Below are positions 61,074 through 64,000 of a stretch of 64,000 bases of DNA, piece by piece. Position 1 is the first letter of the stretch; each line of letters opens with the position of its first letter. The position numbers and the translations under genes are program-made. Below the pieces are notes generated by a model. That model was not told the origin of the DNA. It was given only the letters and a program-made list of their open reading frames with translations, and did not search any database. Origin of the DNA: Eutreptiella sp. 'Long Island Sound 2002' (taxonomy: Eukaryota > Protista > Euglenida); contig OZ038378.1 of the NCBI GenBank assembly GCA_964036045.1, forward strand, positions 141,546,001-141,610,000, read 5' to 3'.

Positions 61074-61599
61074 CCACGCCCCCTTTCATGGCCCCCCGGG
61101 ATGAGCCCGTGGCCGCCGCAGGATCGCAGTGTTGAGGGCCGTTGCTTTTGCAGCGCCGTGCGCGCCTGCGCCACAGAGAAGCCAACGTCCGCGGGCCCGC
61201 GGGCGCGATCGGCTTTGGACCGTCCCACATCTGCTCATTCTCTAAGGCCCTGCGTGCACCGTCGGTTTTGATGTGCCTCTGGGGGGCCATTGGGACGTCT
61301 GCGCTAGTTTTCAGACCTTCATGGCCCCCCTCCCCCCGCGAGCGGCATGGGAGACCCACGCGATTACTGAGGCAACTTCCCCCGCCCCCCGGGTCCCCAG
61401 GGTCCAAGACGATGCCCAAGGCACTGTGGGGACGAGGGGGGCCGGCCGTCAGCGCACACGGCGATGGGACCAGGACGTGCGCCTTGTGCCATGGAGTGCA
61501 GGAGGCCGGAGGCCCGCGGTGTCTACACACCGCAGCGGAGCAGGGGAGGGGCAGGGGGCGGGCGGGGGATGGAATAAGGCACACGGATGGCACTGGTGG

Positions 61600-62597
61600 C
61601 CGTCCGCACGGACGGCGGGCGACTGGACTGTAGACGAGGAAGGCCGTGGGGAGGAGGTGTGGGTGGAGTCGAATGCGGACATTGACCCGACTGATGGTCA
61701 AGGGGCGGGGGTCCCCCCGGGGGTTGGGGACAGGGTTGAACACGAGGGTTGGCCGTGGCACATGGACATCCGCCGTATCAGACTTGCGTTCATCACCCTT
61801 TCCGTTCTTGTTATCCGCCCGTGTCGACGAAGACCCGGGTGGTACAAGGATGAGTCCGGGACGGCCCGGTGATGGTCCTCCGAACTACAGCCCACCAAGA
61901 TTCTGGGGTGCAAAGGTACACGTCCATTTTGGGCTTGGGGAAGGGCTCTCCCCCCCCCCCCCCCGAGGGTGTGTGGGGCAATGGGTGGGGGGGTGGGTTG
62001 GCTACGGTTTCCAGCGACCCCCAGGGGGGGGGGTCACTCAGCAATGGCTTGATGAGGTCATGGCATGCATCAGCGTCGTGGCCGAGCACAGGGGAACGGT
62101 GGCCCACGGGAGGACAGCTCCTTTGTGCAGTGGGTCTCGTGGACCATCCGTGACCCGTTGTGGACGTGCTGGGCTGCGAGCAGTCTGGACGTCCTGAATG
62201 TGGATCTCTGACTGCCGTGGGTGTGTCCAGTCCGGCCGGTGTGTGTCCGGTGTTCTAGTGAACGCAACGCTGAGGCCGGCTTGGGACTGGGGGGGGGGGG
62301 GGGGGCAGGGCGGTAGCCTACGGGCTCTAGCCCCTGAGTGGACTCCGTGCTGTCTGCTCTCCTGTACCCTTGGGGACTCTTGGGCCGGCTGTTTGTGAGG
62401 GAGTCCACGCAACGGCACTCTGACTGCCCCAAAGGGGCATGGGTGGTGCTGTCCTTGGCATCGCCCTCTACATCCGGCACTGGGCCTTCGTGCAGGCCCT
62501 CAGGATGCGCTACGCACTGCATTGTCATGAGGGCACCTACAGGGAAGGCTCGTGGCACTGTGCTACCACTGTGGGGAAGGCCTGACGACCTCCCACT
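61600..62597 (-). CDS. Possible exons of an unidentified convergent gene
   Basis: Two GC3-rich open segments start after AG acceptors on the minus strand: from 62597 (SGRSSGLPHSGSTVPRAFPVGALMTMQC...) and from 61884 (FGGPSPGRPGLILVPPGSSSTRADNKNGKGDERKSD...). No family recognised. Confidence 0.3.
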
Positions 62598-62612
62598 CTG
62601 TGACCAGTCCTT

Positions 62613-62619
62613 TGTGTGT

Positions 62620-62696
<77 letters not shown>
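62613..62696. repeat. (GT)n microsatellite
   Basis: About 42 GT units with one AT interruption. Confidence 0.95.
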
Positions 62697-62698
<2 letters not shown>

Positions 62699-64000
62699 GG
62701 GGGGTTGGGATATGGAACCAGAGCGGGGTGAAAACCCTGGCAACAGCGTCCCGTTTCATGCACAGAGCGCGCCTTCCCCCTCCGGGGGGGCATATCCCAT
62801 GAAGGCTGGGAGGGGGAGGGGTTCGGTGAGTGAGCAATGGACGGTGGCGATATGGCCTCCAATGGGGTGGCTCATCCATTCCATGTCCTCGTTCCCCGTA
62901 GGGACATCCAGCAGTGCTGATTGCCTCTGCTCCACGCCTGTACCCATGTACCCGTAGGCCACACGGTGGAACACCACAGGCAGGAAAGTATTCGAGCGGC
63001 TGACGACCACTGAGAGGGTGGGGGGATTCCCCCCCCCCCCCCCCCCGCTCCTCTCTTCAAATACATGCTTGAGCAGGGGGTTGGGTCAGTAGATGATCGG
63101 TGGTGGTAGTACGGCCTCCAACGGTGCATCTCATCTGTGGTATCCGGTTGACTGTTTGTTCGGTGCCAGCGTTTCTGGCCATGGGGAACGCACTGGTCTG
63201 TTCGGCCTCTTTGATTTGATCACAGTTGTCCTGTGGTCTCCCTCCCGCAAACGGGACCAGCACATCGTCCCTCTTCCCACAGACCTGCCTGCGAAAGGCG
63301 CCCGGGGCTGTTCCTCAGCCCTGCACAAGCGCTCTCCTTCTTGTGGCTCTGCATGTGCTGCCTGTTATGTGGGACTGAAATTCCAATCCGACCCACAGCA
63401 CTGCGCTTTGCCTCCCCCACTCCCGACAAATGACCTCAAGCAACAAAATAAGGTCACACAAAACACGCGGCATTGGGAACCGGTTGCGTGACATGGTGAG
63501 CGCCAGATGGTGATGTGTGGTCTGCCGCGTGTGACCGTGTCAGCAAAACACTGCTCACCATTGCACGGCCACTCCCCTGCCGGCGCTGGCAGAGGCTTCG
63601 CATGCAACCGCTCCCATGGCCGTGAGGTCCGGCGTCTGCATCGAGTTCACATTGATGTTGGGAGGGCGACACAGGGCCATGCGGTTCTGGATCCCATCGC
63701 GCGCCCCATCAGAATGGGCATGTTGCACTCTGGTGGTCTGGGATGGACGGGCTTGGCTCCTTTGGGTTTCCGAGATCCCCATTTCCCTTTGTCTTTGTCT
63801 TTGGGAAGTGGTCGCAGAAAAGTGCAGTTGGGAACAGATGACAGCATGCGGATGGGCTTATTGTGTGTGTTGTGTTTCATGAGGAAGTCCCGGGTGTTGG
63901 TCTGACCGGCCGCCAATCGCATTGAAGGCACGCGCTTCGCAGTGCAGCATGTGGGCCTGGCAATTTTGCAGGCGCCATGCGCATCTGCCTCAAACGAGAC

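Noticed and set aside
1-64000. tRNA, rRNA and snRNA genes
   Set aside because: No cloverleaf with T-loop/D-loop consensus and no conserved rRNA or snRNA segment was recognised by eye; a covariance-model scan would be needed to exclude them.

Overview
Repeat-rich, intron-rich eukaryotic nuclear DNA, most likely from a euglenid. Four things point that way: a 24/26 match to the Euglena-type spliced leader at 34205-34230, G|GTGY-type 5' splice sites, CCCTAA/TTAGGG hexamers, and a retroelement with tyrosine recombinase (YR) placed before RT, as in kinetoplastid VIPER/TATE. Two host genes on the + strand can be reconstructed exon by exon with phase-consistent GT-AG introns. One is the Rab3 GTPase-activating protein catalytic subunit (RAB3GAP1-like; 11 proposed exons, 13217-40454, about 1046 aa). 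The other is peroxisomal membrane protein 4 (PXMP4-like; 4 exons, 43764-61073, 201 aa). The rest is mostly mobile or repetitive DNA: a degenerate but structurally complete YR retrotransposon with split direct repeats (2007-6831) inserted in a dispersed ~50-bp repeat family; four copies of a ~1.14-kb non-coding element, each bounded by telomeric hexamers, inside PXMP4 introns; remnants of a Mutator-like and a PIF/Harbinger-like transposase (the latter running into a B-box-like zinc finger); a TA-flanked MITE; two long 12-bp minisatellites; and several shorter tandem arrays. Most entries in the ORF track are artefacts of these repeats. No tRNA, rRNA or CRISPR array was recognised. All family assignments come from motifs recognised by eye; no database search was run.
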